A DNA stretch of 64,000 bases, taken from Syntrophales bacterium. Lineage in GTDB: Bacteria; Desulfobacterota; Syntrophia; Syntrophales; UBA2210. The translations under genes and the position numbers were made by a program. The notes beneath the pieces are model-generated. The model was not told where the DNA came from. It saw only the letters and a list, made by a program, of their open reading frames with translations, and made no database searches. The stretch covers positions 352,001-416,000 of the forward strand of contig CAXXKT010000002.1 in assembly GCA_963662405.2 (NCBI GenBank), given 5' to 3'. Positions within the stretch are counted from its first letter, which is position 1, and every line of letters begins with the position of its first letter. Below are positions 1 to 10,249 of the stretch, one piece after another.

Positions 1-255
1 ATGGACAGAACAGGTAACTGTTTCGCATTCGCGGACAAGATCCCGATTTCCTCCCATACATTGAAGACAGAAGGCCCGAAAGACTTTGACGGAGATTCGC
101 TTCCCGAGCCGATACGGGAACAAGGAACATGGCCCGGTGTATGCTTGATCACCCTGGCAGTTCCTGACCACCTCTTTGTTAAATTGCTTCATTCCAAGGC
201 AGTACGTACAATATGCACGGATGGTTTCTTTCGGTGTGAGTTTATCCGCGATCAT
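1..255 (-). CDS. Cys-rich phage/satellite-type protein (partial, runs off window)
   Basis: My translation: MIADKLTPKETIRAYCTYCLGMKQ...NCQG...CSLFPYRLGKRISVKVFRAFCLQCMGGNRDLVRECETVTCSVH; two CxxC-xG repeats; ATG overlaps the upstream TAA (TAATG). Absent from the ORF track. Confidence 0.75.
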   Translation of the reverse strand, partial: MIADKLTPKETIRAYCTYCLGMKQFNKEVVRNCQGDQAYTGPCSLFPYRLGKRISVKVFRAFCLQCMGGNRDLVRECETVTCSVH

Positions 256-458
256 TAACGCGCCTCTAGGAGACGTTTGATTTCTTCCACGGGCCACAGT
301 AAACGTCCGTTGGGTAGCTTCAGGGGCTTGATGCCCATATAAGCACCATCGACACAGTAACCGCGGCGCATAGTTTGAGGCTTCACACCCAGACACGGAG
401 CCGCCGCATCGGTCGTGAGCCCTTGTTTTACTTCAATTTTTTCGTGATTTTCTGTCAT
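255..458 (-). CDS. Small HTH DNA-binding protein, excisionase/AlpA-like
   Basis: 67 aa, LTTDAAAPCLGVKPQTMRR...LPNGRLLWP winged-HTH pattern; near an integrase. Confidence 0.7.
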   Translation of the reverse strand: MTENHEKIEVKQGLTTDAAAPCLGVKPQTMRRGYCVDGAYMGIKPLKLPNGRLLWPVEEIKRLLEAR

Positions 459-562
459 TAGCCTAACCCCCCTTGTTGGTGAATTCCGTTCGATGGATCT
501 AGGCTACGACACAATTGATTTGAAAGTCGTTTGCCGAGTAAATGCCTTTCCCGGCAAAAAGG

Positions 563-1408
563 CTATACTCTTGATTGTTTTATGATTTTGGATATACGGT
601 CTTTTTTGTCTTTGTGGCGGTAATAAGCCTTTGTGACGACTTCATATGAAGTGTTGAAATGAAGTTTCATTCCAGCCTCAGCAATAATCCTGAAGCATTC
701 ATAGAGGGGTACATTAAACCGCTGGCTCAAGAAATCAGTAAGATGTGCATACCGCACATCAATGAAAAAGTTTTTGTATGGTGATGGCCCCTTTCGAGTT
801 GGTTGTTTCGTCTTCCCTTCCATGACAGAGCCAGCATACGCCCGAAACGGGTTTGGAACAGGTTTTCCATTGCCCACATATGCACTTGATATTTCCATGA
901 TGGCACGATGTGCCGCGGGATCGCCCAACTCTTTGGTGTCCAACAAGAGACACTGACGATAGAAGTGCGGCCGGTGCCGTCCTGTTATCGATATCATTTT
1001 GTCGGTTACGCGGGAGCTTGTCACTATAAAGAATTTCGAAGGATCGGAAAGGACTGTTTCAAGGTCTGAGGAAGTTAGCGCCTCATTGAGTTCAGCTGTT
1101 TCTCCCTTTTCTCTGATGTCTTCCTCAGCGTCGGTCTTGGCGTAATCGTAAATAAACTCCCATTTCCATCGACCATCTTTCGGTAAGTAGCACCTGATCT
1201 CTCGCAAATAGGCGCAAAGATAATCGGTATTTATCGACTCATCATCGTGCAAAGAGTAGCCAGCAAGAATTTTGTGAATGTTCACCTGAATCAGGTGGGG
1301 ATCATCTTGCTGTGCTTCCCAACTCTTCAGAAAGAAAAAATTGCCCTCGCCTTTCAAAGCCATCCGCAAGTATCCGACAGCACATTTCAATGCCTCTTCT
1401 CTGCTCAT
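563..1408 (-). CDS. Hypothetical protein of the integrative element
   Basis: 281-aa ORF whose start overlaps the integrase stop (ATGA); no recognised motif. Confidence 0.65.
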   Translation of the reverse strand: MSREEALKCAVGYLRMALKGEGNFFFLKSWEAQQDDPHLIQVNIHKILAGYSLHDDESINTDYLCAYLREIRCYLPKDGRWKWEFIYDYAKTDAEEDIREKGETAELNEALTSSDLETVLSDPSKFFIVTSSRVTDKMISITGRHRPHFYRQCLLLDTKELGDPAAHRAIMEISSAYVGNGKPVPNPFRAYAGSVMEGKTKQPTRKGPSPYKNFFIDVRYAHLTDFLSQRFNVPLYECFRIIAEAGMKLHFNTSYEVVTKAYYRHKDKKDRISKIIKQSRV

Positions 1409-2721
1409 CGGCGCGCTCCCTTCGCCTCTGTGATCGGGATCACCTTCTTTTCTTCATCACCGCTTGTGATTCGTTTCAAGTGTTGTTCCCACTTCACAAG
1501 AGTTGATCGCTTCTCTTTTGTATATGCGTAACGGTCGTAGTGGGCGGCTTGCACTCCTGAAATACCGTGGGAGAGCAACTGGGCACGGATGTCACGACTC
1601 ACCCCAAGCTCTGCCAGCATGGTTTCACAAGTCCGACGTACATCCCGAAGGTCGAAGGCTTCACCGTCCATCGTACCGGCAATTTCGGTCACCCGCGGTC
1701 CCGGTACGCTTATATGCAGCGGGGTTTTCAGGGTACCTGAAGGGAAAAGAAAAGGTGTCTTTGCCTCATCTGATCTCTTTATGAGTTCGTTAACGGTCGA
1801 AGCGGCAACCGGCGCGAGGGGGAGAAGATGTTCCCGCGGTTCCGACCGTTTCCCTTTTGGGTCTGTTAGGCGGAGGGTTTTTGTCTCGGGTGTCCAGTCT
1901 GAGACCTCGGCTCTTAATATCTGCGCCATTCTCTGCCCCCCTGCATACAGGGCAAGTTTCAGGGCAAGGTCGACCGTACTATCTCCCAGGGATTGGATGT
2001 ACTCCTTCAGTTCTTCACGGTTCAAAGTCCGGTTACGAGCCTTCACGGGTATGGTCGGGATAAGGTCAACAGGATTCGTTTCAATGTTGAAGTCGATAAA
2101 GGCTTTCGGGAGGGTTCCATCAAACGGCGCTCGCCTCGCACAGCTGTAAGCCGCGGCCAAACTGCTCCTGAAAATCCCCGCCGTTCTCTCTTTGCCTTTT
2201 TGGGTGATACTTCTGACAAGACCCGCGATATCGTGGGGGGTCACTTGTCGCGCTGGTTTTTCTGAAAGTTCCGGCTCCACTTCCACCAGGTGAACCTTCA
2301 CAACCGACCGGACCCCCGCCGCGGTCCTATTCTTCCCCCGTGCATCAAGGTAGTCGGCGTAAGTATCCAGGAGCGTTTTCAGGGTATACCTCTTGACCGC
2401 TTCCGCCTCCTTTTTGGCTCTTTCTCTGGCCTCTCTCTGCGCCTTTTTTTCGGCTCTGGGATCAATGCCCCTGTCTACCAGACCTTGAAGTCGCCGTGCC
2501 TCTTTTCGTGCATCTTCAATAATCCAATCGGAACATTTCCCGATTGTCAAACGTATGGTTGTACGATCAAGTTTCCCCTCGAACACATAGGATTTGACAC
2601 CGGAGACCGTGACTCTCACCGCAAGCCTTTGAACGTCCGTATCCCAGGTAAACGACTGTTCTTTTCCTTTAGGACATTCCAGGCGTCTGATACGATCATT
2701 TGTGAGCCTGACTCGTTCCAT
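1405..2721 (-). CDS. P4-like tyrosine integrase with N-terminal arm-binding domain
   Basis: N-term WDTDVQRLAVRVTVSGVKSY; catalytic GQR, DLRDVRR, LLSH...HYDRY. Confidence 0.92.
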   Translation of the reverse strand: MERVRLTNDRIRRLECPKGKEQSFTWDTDVQRLAVRVTVSGVKSYVFEGKLDRTTIRLTIGKCSDWIIEDARKEARRLQGLVDRGIDPRAEKKAQREARERAKKEAEAVKRYTLKTLLDTYADYLDARGKNRTAAGVRSVVKVHLVEVEPELSEKPARQVTPHDIAGLVRSITQKGKERTAGIFRSSLAAAYSCARRAPFDGTLPKAFIDFNIETNPVDLIPTIPVKARNRTLNREELKEYIQSLGDSTVDLALKLALYAGGQRMAQILRAEVSDWTPETKTLRLTDPKGKRSEPREHLLPLAPVAASTVNELIKRSDEAKTPFLFPSGTLKTPLHISVPGPRVTEIAGTMDGEAFDLRDVRRTCETMLAELGVSRDIRAQLLSHGISGVQAAHYDRYAYTKEKRSTLVKWEQHLKRITSGDEEKKVIPITEAKGARR

Positions 2722-2789
2722 TTTTTGCCCCTCCCATGTGTTAATCAGTAGGTCATTTTTGACATACTGATTCTATGTCAGTAGATGCT

Positions 2790-2890
2790 ATGTAGCCACC
2801 ATGTAGCCAAATTCTTACAATATGGTTCAACGTAAGTCAATAGGCGAAAATAGATTTGTATTGAATATAGGATGGTTTTAGGTGGCTACA
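2790..2890. repeat. Putative integrase arm-type sites (TGTAGCCA x3)
   Basis: ATGTAGCCA at 2790 and 2801; inverted GGTGGCTACA at 2881-2890. Confidence 0.6.
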
Positions 2891-2925
2891 CAATATCCTT
2901 CAATCTTGTTCAATATTCCCCAAAA

Positions 2926-2974
2926 CTGACTCTTAATCAGTAGGTCGTCGGTTCGAACCCGACAGGGCCCACCA
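2926..2974 (+). other. att site: 3' half of tRNA-Lys(CTT), not a full tRNA
   Basis: CTGACTCTTAATCAG anticodon arm, GGTTCGAACCC T-loop, CCA end; no D-arm or 5' acceptor strand upstream. Confidence 0.88.
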
Positions 2975-2981
2975 TGAATTC

Positions 2982-3010
2982 AAGGGGTTACGATTTTTCG
3001 TAACCCCTTT
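2982..3010 (+). terminator. Intrinsic terminator (original tRNA terminator)
   Basis: AAGGGGTTACG/CGTAACCCCTT stem followed by T run. Confidence 0.75.
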
Positions 3011-3496
3011 CTATTCTGGAACCGTATGAATCTTCCGGAAAGTGAAAGAATCAAAATTGACGACTTCGTAAAAAGTTAGACTCCGCAAATGCGTCATCCC
3101 GACCATAGGGAGCCATAGCACCCGTTAGGGTTAAATGTAATATTCTTAAAGTTTTAGAGATTACACTTTTTCTTTTCACTCAAAATGACAAGTTGTTGAT
3201 ATGTGAGGCTTTCAACCAGCAACCGTTTCTTCTTTTCTAACACGATTTTCAGTGCTTGAGATATTCCCCCCTGTCGTATCGAATGGCAGCATCGATAATG
3301 TCATCTTTCGTGAACCCCAATAACAACACCTTAGATAAGGACAAACTTTTATCAACGAATACCTCTTCGGTAAAAAGAGTTAAAGTTTCAATGAGATTTT
3401 GTCGAATATCACATCGAGCACTTTCCGCCATTCATGCATGTTGGTGAAAAAGCTCAATGAATTTGAGATTCATTTTCAAGAAGGAGCGACGCATCT

Positions 3497-4549
3497 ATGG
3501 ATAATGAAAGGTATAAGGCGATTCCCCTCTGTGCCATTATTCCGGGGACCTTACCGGATTTTCAGATCTATATTCGCACGTCTGAAGGAAGATTTATCCT
3601 CTGGACCGTACAAGGAAACAAGGTCAAGGCAGAACAGCTCGGCAGGCTTTCGCGAGGCGGCCACATGGAGGTCTTTATCGATATTGAAGACGAGTTTAAG
3701 TATGATCAGCATCTTGAGGCCAACCTGGGGGATATTCTTGAGAATGAATATGCATCGGATATCGATAAATCTTCGATATTCACGAAAGTTTCAACCAATA
3801 TCGTCAAAAGTTCCGTAGAGGCATCCATGGGAATGGGCACCATGGATGCCGATGCCATCCAACGAACAAGGAGCATGGTCGATAGTGCCATGAGATTCAT
3901 TACCGCCTCAAAATCACTCCACGCCCTGGTAAAACTAACCGGTCATGACTACCAGACATATGAACATGCCACTAAAGTCCTCTGGTTTACCGTGGCATTC
4001 CTCTGGAACTACCCGGACATCTTGGATCAGATCAACCCGGATCGTGAAACTGTTAACGACGAGCAACGAATGGAGATCCTGAAACAATGCGGTGTCGGCG
4101 CCCTCCTGCATGATATCGGCAAGGCACTCATTGCTCCGAGTATACTCAACAAGAATGGGCCTCTCACAGAAGTCGAGTGGGAAATCGTCAAACGCCATCC
4201 TCTCTCGAGTCTGGCGATGCTGGTCGATTCGGATCTCCCTATATTTGTTAAAAAAGGGATCCTTCATCATCACGAAAATTATCACGGGGGAGGATATCCC
4301 ATGGGACTTGAGGGAGAGAGCATCACCATACTGGCACGCGTATTGAGGATCATCGATGTCTTTGAGGCTATGACGTCCCGCCGACCGTACAAGAAGGCTT
4401 TCTCCCCTTTGAAAGCACTTCAGATCATGATGGGAAAACAGGAAAGTGACAAAGACCAGCAGCTTGACGAACGTGACAATGGAATGACACAGTGTTTCGA
4501 CGAAGATTTACTGCGGAAATTTGTCGCCTTTCTCGGCATGGTCAAGTGA
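3497..4549 (+). CDS. HD-GYP domain phosphodiesterase
   Basis: HDIGK, HHENYHGGGYP, RPYK motifs; AAGGAG RBS. Confidence 0.9.
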   Translation: MDNERYKAIPLCAIIPGTLPDFQIYIRTSEGRFILWTVQGNKVKAEQLGRLSRGGHMEVFIDIEDEFKYDQHLEANLGDILENEYASDIDKSSIFTKVSTNIVKSSVEASMGMGTMDADAIQRTRSMVDSAMRFITASKSLHALVKLTGHDYQTYEHATKVLWFTVAFLWNYPDILDQINPDRETVNDEQRMEILKQCGVGALLHDIGKALIAPSILNKNGPLTEVEWEIVKRHPLSSLAMLVDSDLPIFVKKGILHHHENYHGGGYPMGLEGESITILARVLRIIDVFEAMTSRRPYKKAFSPLKALQIMMGKQESDKDQQLDERDNGMTQCFDEDLLRKFVAFLGMVK

Positions 4550-5079
4550 AGCATTATTGCACCGGTGAATGAATAGTTCTATTTTTAATATCATGCATTC
4601 CGCTCTCTGTGTGAAAAAGACAGAGGCACGTAAACTCAATCAAAACGTACCGGATACCCTGCGCAAGAGGATCGTTCGACTTCGGAAGGAGCAGAAGCGA
4701 CCATAACCGGGAGAAGACACGTACACCACTCGGCGGGGTGCATATACGGCATGATGGATCTGTTCGACCAAAGGTCAATCTTACTCGATGGCTATCCATA
4801 AAGCTTTCATGAGGGAAATCGCACCACCCTTGCCTCTGTTCCGCATTTATCCCCGTCCACAGGACGGGGTATTCTGAAGGGTGTTCTATAAACAATACCA
4901 AAGTGCGGATCGGTAGATATCACGGCTTGCTCGGGCATGCTTTTCGCGCGGTATCTTTGCAGGCCATTTTGTGCCCCCTCCTCTTACAACCGAAAGCGAC
5001 TTGACAGGAGCATTATTATCCCTTAGAAGCATATTCATCCTGTGTCGAGGGTCCATCTGCGACCGGAGAGGTGCACTTT

Positions 5080-5970
5080 ATGAAACGAGAGCAGACCGGA
5101 AAGATATGCGACGGGCTCTACGCTCCGGGTTACCACTTCATCCCCGCCTTTCTCCTGGCGAGCCCGACCCCTGTACTCTTCGACGCGGGGGTAGCGGCCA
5201 TGGGGCCATACTATCTCAAAGAGCTCGAGACCTATCTGGGAACGGCGGAAGCCTTGAAATATCTTTTCTTGACGCATTCGCACTACGACCACTGCGGGGC
5301 GGCCCCCTTCCTCAAGGAGCGGATACCAAATCTCAGGATCGGGGCGGATGCCCACGCCGCAGAGGTACTCCGGAAACCAAACGCCGTCGCCCTGATCCGC
5401 GCCCTCAACCGGAACTTCGTGAAGGTCTTCGGAGAGGTCTTCGGGGAAAATGAGATTCCTTTCGACCCGGTTGAGGTCGATCCGATCCTGAAGGACGGCG
5501 ATGTGGTGGACTGCGGCGGAGGGTGGACGGTGTGCGTCATCGAGACACCGGGGCACACGAACGACTCGCTCTCCTACTACATTCCAAAGATCAAAGCCCT
5601 GATACCGGGGGAGTCGGTCGGGGTCTTCCACAACGACGCCGTGCACCCGGAGTTTTCGTCGGGGTACAACGACTATGTCGCCTCTCTGGAAAGACTCGCA
5701 GCTCTCGATGTTGAGATCCTCCCCCTGGCACACCGGTATGTCCTGACGGGAGAGGACGCCGTTCGGTATTTGGAGACTTCACTCGCGGCTACGGTCTCCT
5801 TCAAGGAGCGGATTGAGAAATACCTCGACCGGTTCAACGGTGACCGGGAGCGAGTGGTTCAGAGGATCCTTGGAGAGGATTACGACGACACGGTCCTGAT
5901 GCAGCAGGACAAGAAGTCCTTCACACTGAACCTGGAGGCGCAAGTACGGGTCGTCGCCGAGGGGAAGTAA
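5080..5970 (+). CDS. MBL-fold metallo-hydrolase
   Basis: THSHYDHCG and TPGHT motifs; GAGG RBS before ATG 5080. Confidence 0.88.
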   Translation: MKREQTGKICDGLYAPGYHFIPAFLLASPTPVLFDAGVAAMGPYYLKELETYLGTAEALKYLFLTHSHYDHCGAAPFLKERIPNLRIGADAHAAEVLRKPNAVALIRALNRNFVKVFGEVFGENEIPFDPVEVDPILKDGDVVDCGGGWTVCVIETPGHTNDSLSYYIPKIKALIPGESVGVFHNDAVHPEFSSGYNDYVASLERLAALDVEILPLAHRYVLTGEDAVRYLETSLAATVSFKERIEKYLDRFNGDRERVVQRILGEDYDDTVLMQQDKKSFTLNLEAQVRVVAEGK

Positions 5971-6090
5971 TTTTTATCCTTGCCATAAAGGTGATAATCC
6001 CCTATAAGGGTGCTGCCCGGGAAGGACGGACCGGGGATCTGTCAAAAACAGACTCTCAGTACCTGAGTCTCAGTGAAAGGAGATGGTAGA

Positions 6091-6756
6091 GTGAACATTC
6101 TGATCTTTGGACCCAACGGAAGCGGCAAGGGCACGCAGGGCGCGATCGTCCAGAAAAAGTTTAACGTACCTCACATCGAGACGGGTGTGATCTTCAGGGA
6201 TAACATCTCGCAAGGAACGGACCTCGGCAAACAGGCAAAGGCGTACATCGATAGAGGAGATCTGGTCCCGGACGAGATCACCGTCCCCATGATACTCAAC
6301 CGGCTGAAAGGTGAAAAGGACGGCTGGCTCCTGGACGGCTTCCCGCGGAACCTGGCCCAGGCGAAAGCGTTGTATACGGCTTTGGAACAGGAGGGAATCA
6401 AGCTGGACTACGTCATCGAGATCATCCTCGACCGGCAGACATCCAAAAACCGGATCATGGGCCGAAGGCTCTGCGCGAACGACAACAATCATCCGAATAA
6501 CATCTATATCGAAGCCATCAAACCGGCCGAGAAGGACGGCGGTTTTGTCTGCCGCGTCTGCGGCGGTGAGCTGAGTGCCCGCGCCGACGATCAGGACGAG
6601 GCGGCGATCGGCAAGCGGCACGACATCTACTACGACGACAAGACGGGAACCACCGCCGGTATCAACTACTTCAAGGAACGGGTCACGGTGATCGGGGTCG
6701 ATGGCCTTCCCGGTGTCCAGGAAGTCAGCGAGGAACTCCTCAAAAAATTGGGATAG
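6091..6756 (+). CDS. adk: Adenylate kinase
   Basis: GPNGSGKGT, LDGFPR; LID C-x5-H...CxxC of Desulfovibrio type; GTG start after AAGGAG. Confidence 0.96.
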   Translation: MNILIFGPNGSGKGTQGAIVQKKFNVPHIETGVIFRDNISQGTDLGKQAKAYIDRGDLVPDEITVPMILNRLKGEKDGWLLDGFPRNLAQAKALYTALEQEGIKLDYVIEIILDRQTSKNRIMGRRLCANDNNHPNNIYIEAIKPAEKDGGFVCRVCGGELSARADDQDEAAIGKRHDIYYDDKTGTTAGINYFKERVTVIGVDGLPGVQEVSEELLKKLG

Positions 6757-6820
6757 CAAAAACCCCGAGAAGATTGTATAAAAGCCTTCCTGTTTTTGAC
6801 GGGGAGGCTTTTTGATTACT

Positions 6821-8617
6821 ATGAAGAATACACGCAATTTCAGCATCATAGCCCATATCGATCACGGCAAGTCCACCCTGGCCGACCGGATGATCCAGCA
6901 CAGCGGCGTGATCGACGCCCGCAGCTTCAAGGATCAGATCCTCGACAACATGGACATCGAGCGCGAACGGGGGATCACCATCAAGAGCCAGGCCATTACC
7001 CTCCCCTACCGGAGTCGAGACGGGAAAGAATACTCCCTCAACCTGATCGACACCCCCGGGCACGTGGATTTTTCTTACGAGGTCTCGCGATCACTCGCGT
7101 CCTGCGAGGGTGTCCTCCTCCTGATCGACGCCGTCCAAGGGGTTCAGGCGCAGACCGTGGCAAACCTGTACATGGCGATGGAACACGACCTGGAGATCAT
7201 ACCCGTCATCAACAAGATCGACCTCCCCGCCGCTGATGTCGATCGGGTCATGGAACAGATCGACACGGAACTCGGCCTCGACCCCTACACGAGCCTCGCC
7301 TGTTCGGCAAAGGATGGAACGGGGGTGGAGGAGATCATGGAGGCAATCGTTGAGCGGATCCCGCCGCCGAAAGGCGACCCGGATGCCGCACTGGCCACCA
7401 CAATCTTCGACGCAAAATACGACCCCTTCCGGGGTACCATCATCCATTGCCGGATCATCGACGGCACCATACGGGGCGGCGATACCATTCGCCTCATGCA
7501 CGGCGAGACCATCCACCGGGTCGAGGAGGTGGGGCACTTCCTCCTCCCGCGCCAGAAGGCAGCCAACCTCTCGGCGGGGGATGTGGGATATATCATCGCC
7601 GGGATCAAGACCGTTTCGGACGTCCAGATCGGTGACACGATTACCTCCGAAAAGCGCCCCTGCGCGCAGCCTCTCCCCGGCTTCAAAGAATCGAAGCCGG
7701 TCGTCTTTGCCTCGATCTATCCCATCGCCTCCGACGACTACGAAGAGCTGGCGGTAGGACTCGAAAAATACAAGCTGAACGACGCCTCCTTCGTCTACCA
7801 GAAAGATTCCTCCGTCGCCCTCGGACAGGGGTTCCGATGCGGTTTCCTGGGGCTCCTGCATCTGGAGATCGTCCAGGAGCGGCTGGAGCGGGAGTACGAC
7901 CTGTCGATCATCCTCTCCGTCCCCAGCGTCCGGTACCGTTTCACGCTGACCGACGGGACGGTTCTGTATGTGGACAACCCGGCGCACTACCCCGATTCCG
8001 TCTCGATCGTCAGGAGTGAAGAGCCGTATATACGTGCCTCTATGATGTTCCCGGAGCGATACATGGGGGCCGTAATGAAGCTGTGCAAGGAAAAACGGGG
8101 CGAGAACTCAGTCCTCAGCTATCCTTCACCGGGGCGCATTGAGCTTTCGATCGAGATGCCTCTCGCCGAGGTGATCTACGACTTCTACGACCGCCTGAAG
8201 TCGGTCACTCAGGGATACGGCTCCTTCGATTACGATATTATCGACTACCGGGACAGCACCCTTTCCCTTCTCGATATCCTGGTCAACGGCGAACGGGTTG
8301 ATGCCCTCTCCCAGATCGTCTTCCGTGGCTCAGCCCGCGAGCGCGGCCTGCGGGCATGCGAACGCTTGAAAGAGGAGATCCCCCGGCAGATGTTCAAGAT
8401 CGCCATCCAGGGGGCCATCGGCGGTGAGATCGTATCGCGCACCACGATCTCCCCGTTCCGGAAGGACGTCACCGCGAAGTGCTACGGCGGCGACATTACA
8501 CGCAAGAGAAAACTACTGGAAAAACAGAAGAAGGGGAAGAGGCGGATGAAGATGGTCGGATCGGTGGCAATCCCTCAGAGCGCCTTCGTCGCCGTCCTGA
8601 AATCGGAAAATACGTAG
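6821..8617 (+). CDS. lepA: Elongation factor 4
   Basis: IAHIDHGKSTLADR, GFLGLLH, KCYGGDITRKRKLL. Confidence 0.98.
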   Translation: MKNTRNFSIIAHIDHGKSTLADRMIQHSGVIDARSFKDQILDNMDIERERGITIKSQAITLPYRSRDGKEYSLNLIDTPGHVDFSYEVSRSLASCEGVLLLIDAVQGVQAQTVANLYMAMEHDLEIIPVINKIDLPAADVDRVMEQIDTELGLDPYTSLACSAKDGTGVEEIMEAIVERIPPPKGDPDAALATTIFDAKYDPFRGTIIHCRIIDGTIRGGDTIRLMHGETIHRVEEVGHFLLPRQKAANLSAGDVGYIIAGIKTVSDVQIGDTITSEKRPCAQPLPGFKESKPVVFASIYPIASDDYEELAVGLEKYKLNDASFVYQKDSSVALGQGFRCGFLGLLHLEIVQERLEREYDLSIILSVPSVRYRFTLTDGTVLYVDNPAHYPDSVSIVRSEEPYIRASMMFPERYMGAVMKLCKEKRGENSVLSYPSPGRIELSIEMPLAEVIYDFYDRLKSVTQGYGSFDYDIIDYRDSTLSLLDILVNGERVDALSQIVFRGSARERGLRACERLKEEIPRQMFKIAIQGAIGGEIVSRTTISPFRKDVTAKCYGGDITRKRKLLEKQKKGKRRMKMVGSVAIPQSAFVAVLKSENT

Positions 8618-8624
8618 GGAAACC

Positions 8625-9761
8625 GTGATGAGTGAGAGGGAAATGAAACCCGGTCTCTACGTACACATCCCCTTCTGCCTCACCAAGTGCGGCTACTGCG
8701 ACTTCTACTCCGTCACGCAGACAGAAAAAATCCCCCTTTTTATCGCGGCCCTCATCCGTGAGATGGCACTATACCGCGGTTTCGAGGGCCCATTCGACAC
8801 GATCTACCTGGGAGGCGGAACCCCCTCTCTCCTCGGTGCCAAGCACATAGAAACAATCCTCAACGCCATTCATCGGATCTTGCCCGTTACCGACGACCCT
8901 GAGATCACCTGCGAGGCGAATCCCGGGGACCTGAACCCGGATATGGCCGCGGCGCTCCGTGCGGCAGGGATCAACCGGATCAATGTCGGGGTCCAGTCCT
9001 TCGACGACGGGGTGCTCACCTTCCTTGGTCGCCGGCACAATGTGGCCGAAGCCGAGGCCGCAATCGACAGCGTACGGCGGGGAGGATTTACAAACGTGGG
9101 TTTCGACCTGATTTACGGGGTCCCCGGGCAGAAGCTCACCCTGTGGCTTGAAACATTGCGATACGCCCTGTCCTTCGCCCCGGAGCACCTCTCCTGCTAC
9201 CAGTTAACCCTGGAGCCCTCGACCCCCCTGGGGCTCCAATACCGAAAGGGAACGCTTGTTCCCCTCGACGACGACCGTCTCTACGATTTTTTTATGGAGA
9301 CCTCCCAAACACTGGAGGGAGCCGGGTATCTCCATTACGAGGTCTCGAACTTCGCCCGGAGCGAGAAATGGATGTCACGACACAACCATAAATACTGGAA
9401 CCACACCCCCTATCTCGGCCTCGGTCCCGCAGCGCACTCCTTCTCCGGCATCCGACGATGGTGGAATCACCGCTCCTTGAACAGCTACATTGAGGCGGCA
9501 GACCGTGGCCTTCATCTCATAGCAGGTTCCGAAATCCTAACCGACGAGCAATTGCGCCTGGAGGCCCTCTCCCTGGGGCTGCGCACCCAAGAGGGAATCG
9601 ACTTGGCCGCCTTCTCAGAGCGGTACGGATACGATCTGCTGCACGAAAAGGATGACCTGCTCCGCTCGATGGAGCGGGAAGGGCTCGTCACCATTTCCGG
9701 CAATCATCTCCGTCCAACCCGCGCCGGTCTCGCCGTCTCCGACAGCCTGCCACTCCTGTAG
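8625..9761 (+). CDS. hemW: Radical SAM heme chaperone HemW
   Basis: LYVHIPFCLTKCGYCDF, HYEVSNF, HNHKYW; follows lepA. Confidence 0.92.
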   Translation: MMSEREMKPGLYVHIPFCLTKCGYCDFYSVTQTEKIPLFIAALIREMALYRGFEGPFDTIYLGGGTPSLLGAKHIETILNAIHRILPVTDDPEITCEANPGDLNPDMAAALRAAGINRINVGVQSFDDGVLTFLGRRHNVAEAEAAIDSVRRGGFTNVGFDLIYGVPGQKLTLWLETLRYALSFAPEHLSCYQLTLEPSTPLGLQYRKGTLVPLDDDRLYDFFMETSQTLEGAGYLHYEVSNFARSEKWMSRHNHKYWNHTPYLGLGPAAHSFSGIRRWWNHRSLNSYIEAADRGLHLIAGSEILTDEQLRLEALSLGLRTQEGIDLAAFSERYGYDLLHEKDDLLRSMEREGLVTISGNHLRPTRAGLAVSDSLPLL

Positions 9762-9885
9762 CCTTCAAAAACAAACCATGGGGGTTGTGGGAACATGCAT
9801 TTTTCCTTTGACACCACGCGTATCTTGGATTATGGAGGGACTTGGTTTGGCTTCGCTTGCAGGGAAGCCTGCCTGTGGGGGGTGG

Positions 9886-9918
9886 AAGCCGTATAAAACA
9901 CGGCTTTCTTTTCTTCTT
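9886..9918 (+). terminator. Terminator-like hairpin in the leader of the mrp-type genes
   Basis: AAGCCGT/ACGGCTT stem plus pyrimidine tract. Confidence 0.55.
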
Positions 9919-9997
9919 GATCAGCACACCCGATAGACAGTTCAGGCATCCGGTTGATCCCAACGTGAATGCCGGATGCCGTATTCAGGAGCAGAGG

Positions 9998-10249
9998 ATG
10001 AAAAAGGAATTCGACTGGTTCGACAAACCCAGTAATATCGGAAAGTTACGGATTTTCAGCTACATTCTTCTTGCCGTGAGCGTCCTGGCGGAATTTCTTG
10101 TCCCCGCGCACGGCCCCCAGCACCCGTGGGACAAGATCCCGGGGTTTTATGCCCTCTTTGGGTTCGTCATCTGCATGGCAATGATCATCGTCTCCAAGCT
10201 GCTCGGACAGTACTGGCTGAAAAAGAGTGAGGATTATTATGACCGGTAG
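9998..10249 (+). CDS. Small membrane protein associated with Mrp-type antiporter clusters
   Basis: 83 aa, two hydrophobic helices, WFDKPSN...PGFYALFGF...EDYYD. Confidence 0.75.
   Translation: MKKEFDWFDKPSNIGKLRIFSYILLAVSVLAEFLVPAHGPQHPWDKIPGFYALFGFVICMAMIIVSKLLGQYWLKKSEDYYDR

Larger units (their letters stand above)
1..2974. mobile_element. Right end of an integrative element/phage satellite inserted at tRNA-Lys
   Basis: Integrase, Xis-like gene and tRNA 3' fragment; left end lies outside the window. Confidence 0.8.

Noticed and set aside
1..258. 85-aa plus-strand ORF
   Set aside because: Shadow of the minus-strand Cys-rich gene, which has motifs and translational coupling.
2899..2974. Complete tRNA-Lys gene
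   Set aside because: The 5' acceptor strand and D-arm are absent; only the att fragment is present.
3058..3077. REP-like TGACGACTTCGTAAAAAGT motif
   Set aside because: Single half-site with no partner found in the window.
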